Source: Sphyrna mokarran (taxonomy: Eukaryota). From it: a stretch of DNA of 64,000 nucleotides. Every line of letters starts with the position of its first letter. The first letter of the stretch is position 1. The stretch is taken from positions 107,198,001 to 107,262,000 of the forward strand of contig JAGIQG010000009.1 of the NCBI GenBank assembly GCA_024679065.1, given 5' to 3'. A model generated the notes under the pieces. It was given only the letters and a program-made list of their open reading frames with translations, was not told the DNA's origin and did not search any database. This document shows positions 34,171-48,378 of the stretch, in pieces. The position numbers and the translations under genes were made by a program.

Positions 34171-37100
34171 AGATCAGCACTCATAAAAGCCGATGATCTG
34201 ATCATGAACTGTTTATGGGAACTTGCTGGCATTGCATAGTGGCACAGTGGTCAGCACTGCTGCCTCACAGTGCCAGGAATCCAGGTTTGATCCCCGGCTT
34301 GGGGGACTATATGTGTGGAGTCTGCACACTCTGCTCGTGTCTGCATGGGTTTCCTCCGGATGCTCCTGTTTTCTTCCACATTTCAAAGATGTGTGGGTCA
34401 GGTGGATTGCAGTACTAAATTGCCCCGTAGTGTCAAGGGGACTAGCTAGGGTAAATGCAATGGACATAGGGTTTTGGGTGGAATTGTGATTGGTGCAGAC
34501 TCGATGGCCTGAATGGCCTCCTCCTGCATTATAGGATTCTATGATCTATGATTCTATAAATTGACTACCATATTTTGCATTACAGCAGACATTTCATTCG
34601 TTTTGAAGCTCTTTGGAACATCCTGAGGTCTCAATCGGTGCTGATATTTCTTTCTGATGTGTTGAAACGCAAATTATATTCATATGGGAGAGATTTCCAT
34701 GGCTGGAATTCTCCTATCCCACCCACCACTGGAATTCTTGCGGGAAGGAGGCAGAGGATGTAAAGGTCCATGGAAGTCAGGCGGGAATCTCTGGTTTTCA
34801 GGTGAGCGTGGCCGGAGGATCCCACTATCCCACTATCTGATCACCTCTGCAAATCCCTATCCAATAATTTCCTGCCTAAGCCCGACAGTTATTAGATATT
34901 GGACAGCTGTAGAATAAAAGAATGTTGGAAGCATTGTTGTTCATTTTCTTCCCATCCTCGTTCAAACTCTCGTCAACTCACCCAAAGGACTCAATGTAAG
35001 TGTTCCTTTAAAGAGTTGGGCAATTCTGATAGTTTATACTCCCTTTAAGAAGTTGGGACAGTTCTATTGGTATGTGGCCCCTTTAAGAACTTGGTACTAT
35101 TCTTCTGCATGGTCATAGAAATGTAGAAACTAGAAGCAGGAGTAGGCCATTCGGCCCTTCGAGCTTGTTCCATCATTCATTTTGATCATGGCTGATCATT
35201 AAATTCAATATCCTGATTCCTCCTTCCTCTCATATCTCTTGATTCCTTTAGCCCCAAGAGCTATATCTAATTTCTTCTCGAAATCACACGTTTTGGCCTC
35301 AGCTACTTTCTGTAGTAGTGAATTCCACACATTCACCACCATCTGGGTGAAGAAACTGCTCTCGATCTGTAATGTTTACCCCTTATCCTCAAATGATGAC
35401 TCCACAATATTGGTCCCTTTAAGAGGAGCAGGCTAAACTCTCCCCTAACTTTGGGAGGGGAGGGGCGTGTGAGGTTACTGGCTATTTAAAGCTGCAGCTA
35501 TCCTGAGGCTGGAGATGACCGTAACCCCCAGCCCCCGACCCCCAGCTAGTAGGGAACAGCCAGTCACAACATAGGAAGTGGTCGGGATTGCAATGTTGTA
35601 AAAGGGGGAGTTCAGTAAAAAATATCTGGGGCTAAGAATCTACTAATGACCATGAAAGCATTGTCGATTGAAGGAAAAACCCATCTTGTTCACTAATGTC
35701 CATTTAGGGAAGGAAATCTACCTCCCTTTTCCTGGTCTGGCCTATATATAACTCTAGAGCCACAGCAATGCGGTTGACTCTCAACTGCCCTCTGAAATGG
35801 CATAGCAAGCCACTCAATTCAAGGGCAATTAAGGATGGGCATCAAATGCTGATCCAGTCAGTGATGCCCAGGTCCCATAAATGAATAAAGAAAAAGGATG
35901 CCAGAGGGATGGAGGGTGGCAAGTGTGACACCATTATTCAAAAAATGGTGTAAGCCCAGTCTTGAAAACTACAGATCAGTCAGTTTAACATCAGCAAGGG
36001 GTAAAGATTTGGGAACAACGTTCAGTAGAAAGAAATCAATAAACGCTTAGAGAGGTTTGAGTTAATGAAGGAGAGTGCCAGCATGAATTTGTAAAAGATA
36101 GACCAAGACTGACTAATCTAATTGAAGTTTCAGATGAAGTATCAGAGAAGGTTGATGAAGGGAATGGGGTGGATATTGTTCATATGATTTTAAGAAAGCT
36201 TTCAACAAAGTACCCCATGAAAGGCTGGTTCATCAAATCCTTACAGTGCAGAAGGAGGCCATTTGGCCCATTGAGTCTGCACAGACTCTGCGACAGAGAA
36301 ACTTTACTCAGTCTCTATCTGCATCACACCATATTTTCTACGCTAATCATAGAACGAAATGATCATAAATCCCAACAGCACAGAAGGAGGCTGTTTGATG
36401 CATCGAACCTGTAACGACCACAATCACACTCAGACCCTGTTCCCTTATCCCCACAAATTTATCCTGCTAATCCCGACAATGCAGTTAATTTAACATGGCT
36501 AATCAACCTAACCTGCATATCTTGTACTGTGGAAGGAAACGGCAGCACCAGGAGGAAACCCACACAGACACAAGGACAGAGTGCAAACACCACACAGCGA
36601 CAGTGGAATTGAACCTAAGTCCCTGGTAATGTGAGGCAGCAGCATTAACCACTGTGCCGTCCAATCCTCTTAAACTACAAATCTTGGGTCACTAAGGGGC
36701 AATTTACAATGCCAAACCACCTAACCTGCATATTTTTGGAGTGTGGGAGGAAACTGGAGCATCTGGAGGAAACCCACGCAGGCTTGAGGGGGGACATGCA
36801 ACTCCACACAGACAGTGACCCGAGGCTAGAATCAAACCTGGGTCCCTAGTACTGTGAGGCAGTAGTGCTAATCACTGTACCATCTGTGGATCTTCCTGAG
36901 GCTGAAGAGCAGATTTACAGGAATGATTCTAAGGATGGGAGATCCATTCACGAGGTTAGGTTGTTTTCCTTGGAACATTGGAGATTGTGCGAAGGTTTGG
37001 CAGAGGTGTACAAGATTATGGCGGTTTTGGATGTGGTAGTCAAGGAAAAACTATTCCCACTAGCCAATAGTACAAGGACAATGGAAGAGAACAGTGGGGG

Positions 37101-39339
37101 TGATGGTTGAGAATTAAGGAACTGGGAAAGAGATACAGGGGAAATATTGAGGAGGCACTTTTTTTACACAGTTAGTGATAATAACCCGGAACTCACTACC
37201 CACGAGGGTGAGAAACAATTTCGCGAGAAAGCTCATGGAAACTCGAAAGTAACAAACCAGTGGGATGATGGGAAGCAAGCAGGAGAATGGTTCTGCCTGG
37301 ATTTCTCTGTGGAGAGCTAGTACAGAGTCAATGGACTGAATGGATTCTACTGGAGCCCCAAATTACTCTTTGCATTTATCAGCCAGCCACGGTTATAAGA
37401 CCACAAGATATAGGAGCAGAATTAGGCCATTTGGCCCACTGAGCCTGCTCTGCCATTCGATCATAGCTGATAAGTTTCTCAACACCATTTTCCTGCTTTT
37501 TCCCTGTAACCTTTGATCCCCTTACTAATGAAGAACCTTTCTATCGCTACCTTAAATACACTCAATGGCCTGGCTTCCACAGCCCTCTGTGGCAATGAAT
37601 TCCAGAGATTCGCCACCCTCTGGTTGAAGAAACTCCTTCCCATCTCGGTTCTAAATGGTGGTCCCTTTACTCTGAGGCAGTGCCCTCGGATCCCAGTCTC
37701 CCCATTCTGTACAGGCCTTTCAGTATTCTGTAAGTTTCAGAGGTTCCCCTTTCTCATCCTTCTAAACTCCATTGAGTACAGACCCAGAGTCCTCATATGC
37801 TCCTCATATGTTAAGCTTTTCATTCCCAGGATTGTATAATTCAAGTCTCCAAAATCTAACAGAATTATTAAAAAAAAAATGATGGATTTGAGAAGCGACT
37901 TTGGCTCCTGGTTTGAACCTGGAAAATTGAGAGCTCTACCTGTGGAATTGTTAAAAATAAAAGGTTGCTTAGTGTGTGTTGAGGCAGTGTGCATGTGCAC
38001 TGAGTTTTCACAGAGTGAATTGTAGGCTATGTTAAAGAAAAACTAATTTCTCCACCAAGTAGGAGTTTGGGAGCCACAATTGCTTTGACAAACGGAACTC
38101 TTTTCCTCTTTGCACCTGCCCCTCTCCCTCTCTCTCCCAGTTTCATAGAATGAAAGGATCCCTATAGTGCAGTAGAAGGCCATTCGGCCCACCAAGCTTT
38201 CACTGACATCAATCCCACCCAGTCTGACCCTGTAACCCCTTACCCCGCCATATTTATCCTGCAAATTCCCCAAAATTAAAGGACAATTTAGCATGGCCAA
38301 TCAAGTGTTTGAACTGTGTGAGGAAACCCGAAGGAGAGAACGTGCAAACTTCACACACACCGTGCCCAAAAGCTGATTTGACTCCAGGTCGCTATGGCAG
38401 CAGTACTAATCACTGTGCCACCCTCAAGTCTGAGGTTTGGAAAGCGTACTCTTTGCAACAATTACACCCACTGCGAACACAAATACATGGATACATTGTA
38501 GCCCTCAGCCCTCATGTCTTGCAAATTTGATTGAGTTTTTTGAAGGGTTAACCAAGAAGGTAGATGAGGGCAGTGCAGTTGGTGTAATCTACATGGACTT
38601 TAGCAAGGCCTATGACAAGATACCACAGTATAACTTGTTGCATCAAGGCCTATGACTCTATGGGTTTTGCACTCCAATGAGTCGCTGGTGATTTTCCCCC
38701 CATTGGTGTAGTACTTCCAATGCCCAGCAGGGGGTGGAGCTGCATCATTTGAAAGCTTAGATAAATTATTGAGTTAATTTCTATTTCAGGAAGTGAGTGC
38801 TCCAGATTACAATGGATGATCTCCAGGACAACACCGGCCAAGAATGGAAGTGTCAGAGTGAGTGATAGCGGATTCTGAGTGGAGCAACAGAGTCATTTTT
38901 TAAGAATGAATTAACAATGTCCCGGGTGGATGTGGCTTCACTTCTGTCCATAGGACTGGACAGCCCATGGTTTGCTGGACACCACGACGGACACCTGATG
39001 GGAAAAGACAGTGGGGGAATTTTCCAGCCCCGATTCCTGGCCGGGAAGGGGGAGTGGTGGAGGGGCGTGGATCAGTCGCTTGACCTCCGGCGGGATTTTA
39101 CGGTTTTGGGGCCAGCGTGGACGGAAATCCTGTCTTCTAATAGGTGCATCCAAGAATTGGTGGGAGGATTTAGCAGCTGAACCTAAATTGGTTCACTCCA
39201 GAAAGCCTGGAGGACTTCAAGAAGGATTACAAAGGTCGCATAATTGTGAAACTTCTCTCTGAGTCTACGTCGCAGCAGTGGAAAGAGATCATTTACTCCC
39301 TCGTGTCATGTAGTCCTGCTTCTGCTTACGCTGCACCTC

Positions 39340-39600
39340 TTGCCCCCCCCGCACTGTCTTTCTCCCCAGCTGCTGCCCCTCTCCCCCACTGTTGCCCCTC
39401 TCCTCCCCCACTGCCCTCTCGCCCCCCCTGCTGCCCCTCTCTCCCCCCACTGCCTTCTCGCCCCACTGTTGCCCCTCTCTCCCCCACGCCCTTCTCGCCC
39501 CCACTGTTGCCCCCTCTCCTCCCCACTGCCCTTCTCGCCCCGCTGCTGCCCTCTCTCCCCATTGCTGCTCATTTACCATCACCCCGCCCCCCCGACCCTC
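39340..39600. repeat. C-rich degenerate tandem repeat (CTGCCCCTCTC/CCCCCACTG units)
   Basis: Direct inspection; source of spurious Pro/Gly ORFs. Confidence 0.85.
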
Positions 39601-40639
39601 CGTTGCTGCTTCAAATTTTTAGGACTCCAGACCACCATCCTGGTCCCCCCTGTTCGGCACTATAGTTGGGAAAGACCACCAACGTCTCTACTTTCTCAGA
39701 AGACTAAGGAAATTTGGCATGTCCCCAACTTTTACAGCTACCATTGAAAGTGGTAACTGTCCACCGTAGAAAGTATTCTTTCTGGTTGGAATGGGCTCCT
39801 GCTCTGACCAAGGCCACAAGGAACTATAAAAGATCGTGAATGTAGCCCAACCCATCACACAACCAAGCTCTCATCCATCAACCCTGTCTACACTTCCTGC
39901 TGGAAAAGCAGTCAGCATAATTAAGGAATCCACGAACCCGGACATTCTCTCTTCCGCCTTCTTCCATCAGGAAAAAAGATACAAAAATCTGAGGTCAGGC
40001 ACCAACCAACTCAAAACAGCTTCTTCCCTGCTGCCATCAGACTTTTGAACGGACTTACCTCGCACTAAATTGATCTTTCTCTACACCCTAGCTATGACTG
40101 TAACACTACATTCTGCACTCTCTCGTTTCCTTCTCTATGAATGGTATGCCTTGGCTGCAAATTGCACGAGAAACAATATTTTTCACTGTATACTAATATG
40201 AGACAATAATGAATCGAATCAAATGAAAGTAAATTCTCCCCCCCCCGCTTTTGCCGATCTCCCCCCTCCACTGCTGCCTCTCCTCTGCTACTGCTCTCTC
40301 TCTCTCTCTCTCCCACTGCTGTTCCTCCCTCTCCCCGCTGCTTCTTATGAAGGCATCATCCACCTAGAGTCCACCCACCCAAATGGATTTAGGGATCTGA
40401 AACTTCTGGACTCTGACGGGCAGCTCCAAGACTTGAATAACACACTGCCATCATAGCTGGGAACTGTGGTGCCACAGCAGTGACATTGCCATCCTGAGCG
40501 AAATCCAACTGGTCGAAGAAAGCCAGATTAAAGAACAAGGTCTTCACATTGAGGGTAACCTTCATTGTCTTGTGTGGCAATGGAATGGAATGGAATTCAA
40601 ACAGATCTATCAACACAAAACTGTACATCCATGAGGTGC

Positions 40640-41185
40640 TTGTGGGCCACCAGCATCAGCAGACCTACCTCCTGATTCCTCAAAGCTATTCACCATCTAC
40701 AAGGCGCAAATCAGGAGTGTGATGAAATACTCCCCACTTGCCTGGATGGGTGCAGCTCCATCAACACTCAAGAAGCTCGGCACCATCCAGCCCACTTGAT
40801 TGGCACCACATTCACAAACACCCACTCCTTCCACCACCAATGCCAAGTAGCATCAGTGTGTGCCAACTACAAGATGCAGCAATTCAACAAAGGTTCTTAG
40901 ACAGCACCTTCCAAACTCGCAACACTTCCAACTAGAAGGGCAAGGCCAGCAGAAACATGGGAACACCACCAACTACAAGCAACCTCCCAAGCCAGTCACC
41001 ATCCTGACTTGGAAATATATCGGCCATTCCTTCGCTGGAATTCCCTCTCTAATGGCTTTCCAACATCACGAGGGCTGCAGTGATTCAAAAAGGCAGCTCA
41101 TGACCACCTTCTCAAGGGCAACAATGGATGGCCAATAAATGCTGGCCACCTGCGGGACGCCCTGTCCCACGAATGAATAAAAAAT
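40640..41185 (+). mobile_element. CR1/L2-superfamily LINE 3' end with ATGAATGAA tail; other pieces about 23935-25290(-), 25910-26220(-), 43300-43740, 47825-48095
   Basis: TIYKAQIRSVMKYSPLAWMGAAPSTLKKL-like remnant; tail shared with the second SINE family. Confidence 0.65.
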
Positions 41186-43744
41186 AGTCGGGGAGATTGG
41201 GCTGGAAAAATCGAGCTTGCAGATCTCAGAGCCTGCTGGGGACAACCCCTGCACTAAGGGGCTACAAATAGTGAAGACAGGCAGTTTTAGAACAAAAGAT
41301 ATTAAAAAAGGGGAAAAAAGTTAAAGTTAAAATATGATAATGATGCTGAAAGGACAGCGCCGATCTCAATGAGTGAAGTTGTCAAATTTCACTCCAGCCA
41401 GCCGAAAGGAATGAGAAAATCTGCAGAAATCGTGAAGAATTCTTTCACCAGCTAAAAGGAGAAATCCACTAGTTTAAAAAGGATCCAACAGAAGGAGCTC
41501 AGCCAAAACTCCAAAAGCGCGGGAAAAGCACAGACACAAACAGAAAGAAGAGCAGTTGTGGCAGTAAAAAGACAGACTTAAAGCGGTCATGCATTTAAAG
41601 GTGTACAACTTATAATGAAACAAGCACAGGGAGGAACGAAGGAAAAATCGAAAAGATCTCAGTTAGGGATCAACGTTAAAATGGCAATCTATAAGCAATG
41701 CAAGATCTCCAGGGAGGAAATTCAGACCTCAAGAAAGAACCAGTGCTGAAGATCAGAGGAGATAATAAGCTTTCAAGTGGGAAGCAATGCCAGGGTCAGA
41801 GGAGGCAGTGAAAGACTTTCCGGAAAGAGGGCATCAATGGGCCCCAGAAAGAGGGCATTGATAAACTCCTCAAGGAGGGCACTGATGCATCATCCCAGGA
41901 AGAGGGCACAGAAAGACCTAAATCACTGAATAAAGAGCCGAAGCAAGACTCAGTTGTGTCCCATTCTTTTATACTGTAATGGGGAATTCCTTGAAAGTTT
42001 TAGCAATTAACTACAAGCAAATGATAAAGCTGTAATCAGTCAGAAAGTAAAAATGAGCTGTTTGGACTTCACCAAAGACTACCGTAAGTAGAAAATGAGG
42101 TAAAGGTTTGTGACTCTAATCTAAATGAAAAGGGGCCCTTTTCATTTAGCTAAAAATAAAGCACCAGGAGACAGATGGAGTAGCTAGGAAATCTGTTAAG
42201 GCTAGTAAGAAACATTTACCAACAAGGGGCGAAGAAATTGCAGTTAGATTGTTTAAGAAAGTTAAAGGGAGAAGTATGTGGCACCTGTCCTTTAAGACAG
42301 TACAGCAGAAGTGTCTCTTGACTTGAGGGACAAATGGAAACTGAGAGTGAGTGATCACCCCAAACTGTGGAGTCCTCTCTCAGGAGAGAATCTTCTTGCA
42401 GTCATGGAGCTAACATTATAATAATTGAAATTCTGCTTCATTGCAGCCTAGAACTGCAAACCTACTCTGCCAATTTCACTTCTCAATAAATACTTCTTGT
42501 TCTTAACCTAGCCTGCATTCTCTTGTTGACACTAGGTTGCCACAACATAAGAATATATCATCCTCTTGTTAGGATTTCTTTGATGCAGGAAAATGGGTGG
42601 AATTTCGATGATGACAGGGCATAAGTGGCACTTCTGGGATGTACAGACGATGTTCTATGGCACACATTCACATATCTTTCGTTGTACATATAACAGTGAT
42701 AAGTATTCTTGGCTTATAAGCTCTTATTTTGTTGTGTTATTGATCAGAGTTTAGCTCAATTGAAAAGATTAGGACGACAGTAACTGCGTTTATGTGGGTC
42801 GGGGGGGGGGGGGGGGGGAAGGGGAGGGAGGACATTCAGTGGGGATTATGTCATCTTTTTCTGACATGTTCCCTTTTTGTGGCTTCTGACTACTGTCCTT
42901 CTTGAGGTTTGGTTCCCCTGGGCATCTAATATCCTGTTGGCTGAAGGGCTTGAGTGTGAGTCTGAGTATTTTGATTCAATGTTGTTAGGGTCTTTCTTCT
43001 GTTGACGATTAGGGGATGGAAGAGTAAGTCAGCTTCATCCAAGTGGTCTTATATAGGGACTTCCACACAGTGCTTCTTCTTGAGGTTTGGGCTCCCCTGA
43101 AGGAGAAGAGCCCTGGTGCTCAGGATGTTCTGTTCCTTGCATCCTTTTTGCAAAACTGTACACTGTTCGACCAGGTCTGGCTGGTTAATTCTGGTATTCC
43201 TCTCTCACTCTGGGATATCTTTTCATGTCGATAAAGGCTCTAGTTTGTTAGTGTGGCTGGAAGAGCAGGTCATAGGTTGCGAATTCTTCAGTGAGGAACT
43301 CACCTTTTGACTTTGCGAAGCCTGTCCACCATCCTCAAGGCACAAGTCGGGGGTGTGATGGAATACTTTCCACTTACCTAGATGAGCAATTCTCCAACAA
43401 CACTCAAGGAACTCAACACCATCCACGAGAAAGTAGCCTGCTAAATTACCTTTATCACCCACTCCCATTGTCACTAATGCACAGTGCACATCATCTACAA
43501 GATGCCCTGCAGTAACTCATCAAGGCTCCATTGACAGTATCTTCCAAACCCATGACCTCTCCAGCCTCCAAAGACACGGTTAGCAGATGCATGGAGGCAC
43601 CATCATTTTCAAGTTCCCCATCCAAGCCCCCAAAACTTTCTGGCTTGGAACTATATACTTCACTGTTACTATAACAAAATCCTGAAACTCCCATTCTGCT
43701 GTTCAAGAAGGTGGCCCATCACCACTTTCACAAAGGACACTTAA

Positions 43745-44572
43745 TGTGATGCTACTGTCGCTTTAAGAAATGTAGTTTAATCATGTCTTTCTGCAGTTAT
43801 TTTAATTTTTTTTGTGCTTGTTGCTAACTTGTCTTTGATGTACTTTTATTGTTTTTAGAGTCAATAAGGCTTTATAATTATTTTTAATTTGCGTCTAATA
43901 AACTGCCCAGGTTTTATGACCCTTTTGAATTGTTGCGGGGGGGGGGGGGAAGAATGATTGAAAGGTCAAGTGGAATAGTTTTTTTTCTCTCTCACAAGAG
44001 TTCATACTTACAATTTTGGTTGCTGGCTAGTTGAAAGGTGTTTGGGTTCCAGGTTGGATGTAGTGTGCTTGTCTCTGTTCCTGATATTAGAAATAATGCT
44101 GGCAAGTTGGAAGCAGCCTTCCTTAGTTTTCTGGAGTGAAGATTTTACTGTTGGTGGTTTGCTAGCTAGAGGCAAGCGGTGGATCTATCTCTACCTTTGA
44201 GGTCTGCTGGAAGTTCCAGGACTGGAAGTTTCAATTATCCATCCAAAGGACTAATCAGGTTTCATAGAGCTGGAATATTCAGTATCACATGAGCATTCTT
44301 ATTTTCTGTGCCATATGTTTGTAAGAAGATTTGTTTGGTTGGAACAGTACATTGAGCTGATAAAGTTTATAGAATATCTTGGCTGTTTTTTTTCTCGCTA
44401 ATCTTCTTTCTACGTCTTAACTGTATTACCAAACAAATCTTGTTTGATAAAAGCTCCCTAGTAGATCATTAGAATCATACGTGGTGTGAAATATCTTAGG
44501 CTTACCCATGCCAAAACTTCAAAATGTAAAACTTATGATCTAGGCTGACTTCATAAAACATCTTGGAGTTTC
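43745..44572 (+). mobile_element. Solo LTR (3' end eroded) inserted into a LINE tail
   Basis: Starts TGTGAT; its 3' part CTAGGCTGACTTCATAAAACATCTT is homologous to the adjacent inverted LTR; the interrupted LINE tail resumes at about 44573. Confidence 0.55.
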
Positions 44573-44703
44573 TAGGCAGCGATATCCACATTTGGAGGAT
44601 GAATTGAAAAAAAAGTTCCAACCGTGACGTTGTTATCAAATCAGCCAACAAGGGTTGTGCTGTTGTTTGGAGTTCTAACTTCTAAGGTGCAGATGTTGAG
44701 CAC

Positions 44704-45434
44704 TGTTAGTGCCCTGGATCAGAAGTGAAAGGTGTCTTGTGAAGTCAGTCTAGACCTCAACAATTCTTCTATTTTAGAATGAATGTGAGGAAAGGATGCT
44801 TTGCTCAAGCTGTAATTCCATTGACAAATTAGGAATTTTTTTATCAAAACAAGCTTTATTCATAACACAGTTTTACAAAATAAAGCAGCTCAACTCGTGA
44901 CAGATAACAATCCTTAAACATGAAAAGAAACAACTGAAATTTTGAACTTGTCATTATTTCAGTTCCAAAAAAGCAGCATTTTCTTACAGACTTAAAACAC
45001 ACTTTAAATTAAGTTAGCAATCACAAATACACTTGCTACAGTGAGTGTGGACAGCCTTGGAGTTTTCAGGGAGATACAGAGCTTTTAGAACCCTGCAAAA
45101 CTTTCCTAACATCAACAAGAATGGCCAAACTCCAAATCTTTTTAGCAACAGCCCCTTTCCTTTTTTTGCTGCAGATCCAGGACTGCACATAAGCCACCAC
45201 ATGACCCTGTCAATCGCTCTAATGTAAAATCCTAGGAGAGTGTATGTAAACAAAAGGCCATTAACTCAAATTAACATAATCACTTGCAATGTTGAAATGA
45301 GTAATTATTCTGCTCTTCCATCATGTGAGCTACATTCACTCCAGATATATTGACTAGCAGTAGAAAAAGCTGAATTTTAAAAACTAACCTGAAACATAAA
45401 AACAGAGATATATATCATTTGCACATTTTCATCA
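44704..45434 (-). mobile_element. Solo LTR nested in a Penelope RT fragment
   Basis: TG...CA termini; flanks GAGCAC and GAGTGC; Penelope remnant VVIKSANKGCAVVW on the left continues on the right. Confidence 0.65.
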
Positions 45435-46516
45435 GAGTGCCAATACCCAGACATTTCTTCATACCTCCCACCAACAAACACTAAGCCATCATTCCCAAGA
45501 TTGCCATTGTCCTCACCTTCCATCCATAGTCTCCTACTGCATAGAACCGACTTCCATCTCCTTTCTAAATCCCACTAACAGAATTGTCCTGGATGACTCA
45601 GAACATGTCTAAGCCCTACTGAACTGATTTCTTCCTATCTTGTTTTCTCATCTATATTGATGATCCTTTGGAACCCTACAAAATTTCAAAATTTCCAGTT
45701 CCTTGACCTTAACAGCCTTGTCTTCATTATGGCTATTACAATGGGATCGTGATCCTTATTATTTTGAAAACATGATTTTTCAGCTTTCAACCCACTGAAA
45801 ATGTACTGATTTGAAATGAGACAGGACAAACAATTTACAAATGCAAGACCAGCTTCCGAGGTGAAGATGAAAAGCAAAACAAAATACCTTCAAGGGATTT
45901 GAAGTGAGAGGTATTTACTATAATTCAGAGACCTATCAAAGCTCACTACTGTCTAAGGTAGAGACATTAAAATCCAAGGTACTGGATATTGAAACAACGG
46001 TTCCAATAGAGAGATCCACTTCAAACTCCTTGGAAATACACAATGGGTGAAGTATTTCAGGGCAAGACTTTGAGCCACTGCATGGAGAGATTGCAAGAAT
46101 GTTGTCAACAGAGGAAACAGGCTGGAACCTGGTCTGTCTCCCTCTCTCCCTTTTGAAACAAGTTTCGAAGCCAACTTCACTAGAAATCTAACAAGAAAAC
46201 TGAGATCTCAATAATAATTTCAATATCTTCTACATCAATGAAGGTAGCTAATCCAAATTAGTTACAATGATAGAAAATTTGTCCCTCAAAGACAATCAAA
46301 TTACACTTAACCCTATATTATTTTAATATTTTCACAGGGGACGTTTATTCCTTAATAAATTTTCTCTTCCTCTAACTTCTTATTGCTCTCTGCTTGTAAC
46401 TGGATTCAGAAAATAATATGCCTTCTTGAAAATAACAGCTTAAAACTTTGCTGTGACCAATAGAGGATAATAGAAGACAGCCAGTTCCCCATTTCTTCAT
46501 CTGACTGTAACTTAGG

Positions 46517-46875
46517 GAGGCGATGACCTAGGCGATGGCCTAGTGGTATTATGGCTAGACTTTTCCAAAACTCAGCTAATGTTCTGGGGACCCAGGTTCA
46601 AATCTCACCACGGCAGATAGTGAAATTTGAATTCAATTTGAAAAAAATCTGGAATTAAGAATCTACTGATGACAATGAAACCATTGTTGGTTTTTAGGAA
46701 AAAAACCCCATCTGAATTACTAATGCCCCTTTGGGAAGGAAATCTGCCATCCTTACCTAATCTGACCTACATGTGACTCCAGAGCCACATCAACTTAGTT
46801 GATTCTGAACTGCCCTCAGATAAATAGAGATAGGCAATAAATGCTGGCCCATGTCCCACATAAATGAATGAAAAA
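46517..46875 (+). mobile_element. Second tRNA-derived SINE family (representative); also about 10395-10715(-), 21035-21375(-), 25290-25620(-), 27668-28020(-), 47470-47800, 50800-51160(-), 61580-61740(-), 63635-63953(-)
   Basis: Head GGCGATGGCCTAGTGGTA...GGTTCAAATC, body GGAAGGAAATCTGCCATCCTTACC, tail GGCAATAAATGCTGGCC...ATGAATGAAAA. Confidence 0.8.
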
Positions 46876-48378
46876 AGTCTCGCTACACCTCTACCCCCGA
46901 CAATGATGTAATAGTGCCTCTCTGCCTCTTTCCTGAAGTGGCCTGAAATCAAAGCCGGCTCCAGACTCTGGCTAAAAAGCTCCTTTGACGTTGAAAAGAC
47001 TAAAAGGGATAACTTTAGCTTTGTTAAGATAATGTAATAGAAGGAAGATAGCAAAGTGCAACAGTGCTTCAGTTCCAGCAAGAAATATACAAAAATAGGT
47101 CAGTAGAGAGTGCAAATAGAAAGTCTTGTAAATGGCAACAGAAACTGCAGATCATCAAGAATCAGAAATTAAATCTCGTGAGGAACAAAGTATGAGGAAC
47201 TGAGACAAGCAACTGTTTGGATAACAGCCAAGACATATAACAGTGCAGGGACAAAAGAGGCTCAGAATAGAAGATACCCTGAGTTATATTAAGACATGGG
47301 TGGAAAACAATGAGCCAATATCTGAGTCTGTGTAAAACTGAGAAATGAATGCTGAAGAAACAAAAGAGAGCTGGCCGCCATGCAATAAGAATGGCAATGA
47401 GAAATGAAGGGTCTATGTGTCAAGATGTATATCTAAAGAGCTGAAATATTATAATTAGCAGAGTAGGGGAAAGTGGTGGCTTAGTGGTATTTATGCTAGA
47501 CTATCAATCCAAGAAATCCAACTAATGCTCTGGGACGTGGATTCGAATCCCATTACAACAGCTGATGGAATTTGAATTCACCTAAAAAAAATCGGGAATT
47601 AAGAATCTACTAATGACCATTGTCGATTGTTGGAAAAAAACCCACCTGGTTCACTAATGTAATTTAGAGAAGGAAATCTGCCATCCTTACTTGGGCTAGT
47701 CTACATGTGACTTCAGAGCCACAGCAACTGCCCTCGGGCAACTAGAGATGGGCAATAAATGCTGGCCAGCCAGCGATACCCATGTACTACGAATGAATGA
47801 AGTAAAGAACCTTAGCTTCTCTAAGTCTCCACTTGCCTGGATGAGTGCAGCTCCAACAATGTTCATGAAGCTCGACATCACCCAGGACAAAGCAACCCAC
47901 TTGATCACTATGTTTTCACTGTTGCTGGGTCAAAATCCTGAGGCTTCTTTCCCAACAGCAGTGTGGCCACACCACATGGACTGCAATGGTTGAAGAAGGC
48001 AGCTCACCAGCACCTTCTCGAGGGCAACTCGGGATGGGCAATATATGCTGACCTTGCTAGATTTACCCACATTCTGCAAATGAATTAAAAAGGAAGCCAG
48101 AAAAAAAACAACAAATTGTTCCAATTATGTATGGCTTGTCAGAAGTGAGCATAACGAAGTTACAGAAAGTCAGATGATTCGAGTGACCATTTCAAAGTCT
48201 CTATATGCATTTGGGAACCAAAACTGCTTTTTTTAAACATCAGCTGTAGAGGTAACCACCAAGCTGGCTGAGTGAGCTACCATCTCTCAACTCCACAAAC
48301 CCAGCTGGATTTGAAAAAGGCTCTGACCAAAGCCAGTCGAGTGTCTGATCACACAGAAAGTTCAGTGTGCTGCAGTGT

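Noticed and set aside
39246-39747. Pro-rich and Gly-rich ORFs
   Set aside because: C-rich tandem repeat, not coding
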